This document shows, in pieces, positions 62,101 through 64,000 of a stretch of 64,000 nucleotides of DNA. This DNA comes from Botryllus schlosseri. Lineage: Eukaryota. Each line of letters starts with the position of its first letter. The stretch's first letter is position 1. The stretch spans positions 29,636,001 through 29,700,000 of the forward strand of contig CM119376.1 in NCBI GenBank assembly GCA_051294905.1, in the 5' to 3' direction. A program made the position numbers and the translations under genes. The notes beneath the pieces were generated by a model, which saw nothing but the letters and a program-made list of their open reading frames with translations, was not told the origin of the DNA and ran no database searches.

Positions 62101-63502
62101 GATTTGGTAGATCTTACTTGTTCCTAAACTCAATATATCGTTACAGAGCAGAAGCTGAGTCAGTATCAGATGGAGCAAGACATCAACGGTACAGTCAACT
62201 ACTTCAACGAATATCATAAAGGAGCACTTCAAGATGTCCCAAAATTTTTCATATTCGAGGTAGGCTAATCATTCAGTCGTTTTGGTGTTACAACCATTGC
62301 GACAGGTTACTGCCTGTAGATATGAACAATATATTACTATCACGCATTTTAGAGATATTGACAGTACCGGTAGTATTGCTTATTTGGACGGTTAACAATG
62401 ATTCAACTCACTTTCAATATTATATATAAACCGCGTTCGTTAACCGCTGGTAACCTTTCAAACCCGTGGGCGAATCTGCAAGCCTTGAGCGAACCTAAAA
62501 TTTCCGACTACCCGTAGTCATAAAAGATCACAAAACTCTACGTCTACGGCATAACACATGTAATAAGTTACTATAGAATACTGGTGCGCAACATCAACTA
62601 TACACTGTGCAGACTGCAGTGTGTATCAACAACAGCGTTAAGAGATCAAAACACCATTAAAACATAATTTTCACACAATATAAAAGAGGTATATTGAATA
62701 TAGACTTCGAATCATTGTGACTACTGCTGTATGAGTTGGCTGTGTGTCTCGACATCCAGCTAGCCCCTGAGACGGACTCAGCGAACCCTGTCGTTAAGAA
62801 CCGCTGATATTAACGAAATAACGAATGAACGTACTGGCCTTCGGTAACTCCAACCAACATATTTAGCTCAGTCACTTAGTGTGTCAACAACCCAAATAAA
62901 CACGTACCGACGAAACCCGTCACCGTAGTTATTCAACCGTTCAATCGTAGGACGCATTTGCATGCACTTTGCAGGCAGGTGGGCTGGGAAATTTTAGAAT
63001 TCTAGGTACAGCTTTTGTCCAAATTAGATTTTTAAGAATTTGGATTAGAATTTAAATTACTGAATTTGCAAAAGAAATCAAGTTCAGACCGTATTAAATC
63101 TAACTTCATTCTCCAGCATGAGAACGGCAAATGTTTTGTTTGTACACCGAGCATGGCTCGCCTCGCACTGTAAAGCACTCCTGTAGCATTTTCAAGAAAC
63201 CAGAAATTAAATCAGAATTGAAATGGGAGCATAGTTACATTAGACAAATTAGATTAAAATTAAAATGAAAGCATAGAAACATTGCATCTCATTAGATTAG
63301 AACTAGATTGTTGTTATTTCGCTGTGATAATAATTAGACAACAAGAATTAGGCTATATCTAGTTGTTGAAGTCTATTCGCAGGTGCCGGAAGACCGCGAC
63401 CTTTGCAGAATGGAGGAGACTGGAAGCGGAACTATTTTCGTGACCTCAAACGGGACGAACCATCTCGAATCCATCGCTAAAATCACTGCCGGCCTATTTT
63501 GA
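59157..63502 (+). CDS. Uncharacterised 213-aa protein, Met-Gly start, putative caspase-fold pseudo-protease (paralog B)
   Basis: Exons: 59157-59160 (ATGG|GTAAGT), 60101-60254, 60745-60836, 61266-61424, 62147-62259, 63383-63502; sum 642 nt, closes in frame. Core ...RWPN...QNSLYFAVRQSM...FFLFYGVLS|EQ...QDINGTVNYFNEYHKGALQDVPKFFIFE|VPED...TIFVTSNG. The frame is also open upstream via 58388-58411 and 59028-59156 (possible 264-aa form), so the start is uncertain. Confidence 0.68.
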
Positions 63503-64000
63503 CGTCGGAACGCATTCACAAACTACATTACACAGCTAATGCTGGATGAAACAAGATTTTCTCTTGTCTAGCTTTTTAGCCTGTTGCTATGGTTCTTATG
63601 TTACGACAGCATCACTCATGTGTAGGCTACTATGGTCCGATTGTTATCGTCTACTGCATGCAAACAAGATCACACGTCAACAACGGAAACCGTTTCCTTC
63701 ATTTTATTGTGCTCTCTTTTACTTACTCATTTTCGTATTCGTTTCTTTGATAGTTATATTTTTCTACCTATATTAGGGAACAACTTTACCATTGTTACTT
63801 CCAAACATGTACGGTCGACTCCGACCCTTAACTATCGAGTCATATATCAGGACTCATTGTCAAACTCATCTAATGTCAGCTTGTCAATTGAAAGCTTATA
63901 GTTATCGTATCCGTTATCCACTTGAAAGGTTAATGAATGAATTTTATATATTGCGGGTGGGCTCATTTGGCAAGGACATATCAATATCGACTTCGGCGAA

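Overview
AT-rich, intron-rich eukaryotic (invertebrate metazoan) genomic DNA; short 59-64 nt introns and heavy MITE load would fit a tunicate, but the species cannot be established from sequence alone. I reconstructed five spliced genes by hand, all on the + strand with GT-AG sites and frames closing in phase. (1) The last two exons of an SLC26/STAS anion transporter (1-257). (2) A 30-exon, 1305-aa molybdo-flavoenzyme of aldehyde-oxidase type (4316-33534). (3) An 11-exon, 509-aa SLC2A/GLUT transporter with GLUT9-like tyrosines (38240-49522). (4, 5) Two tandem paralogous small genes (50620-57308 and 59157-63502) that start ATG-G|intron (Met-Gly). They appear to encode caspase-fold proteins lacking the catalytic His and Cys. 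The non-coding DNA is mostly non-autonomous DNA transposons: hAT-type MITEs with 8-bp TSDs, often nested; two inverted 2.2-2.4 kb TTAA/piggyBac-type elements, each nested in a copy of the same MITE family; a CR1/L2-like LINE tail; and a hAT transposase relic. Most ORFs in the supplied track are exon fragments with intron read-through or repeat-derived noise. Identities quoted are by eye and no database searches were run.
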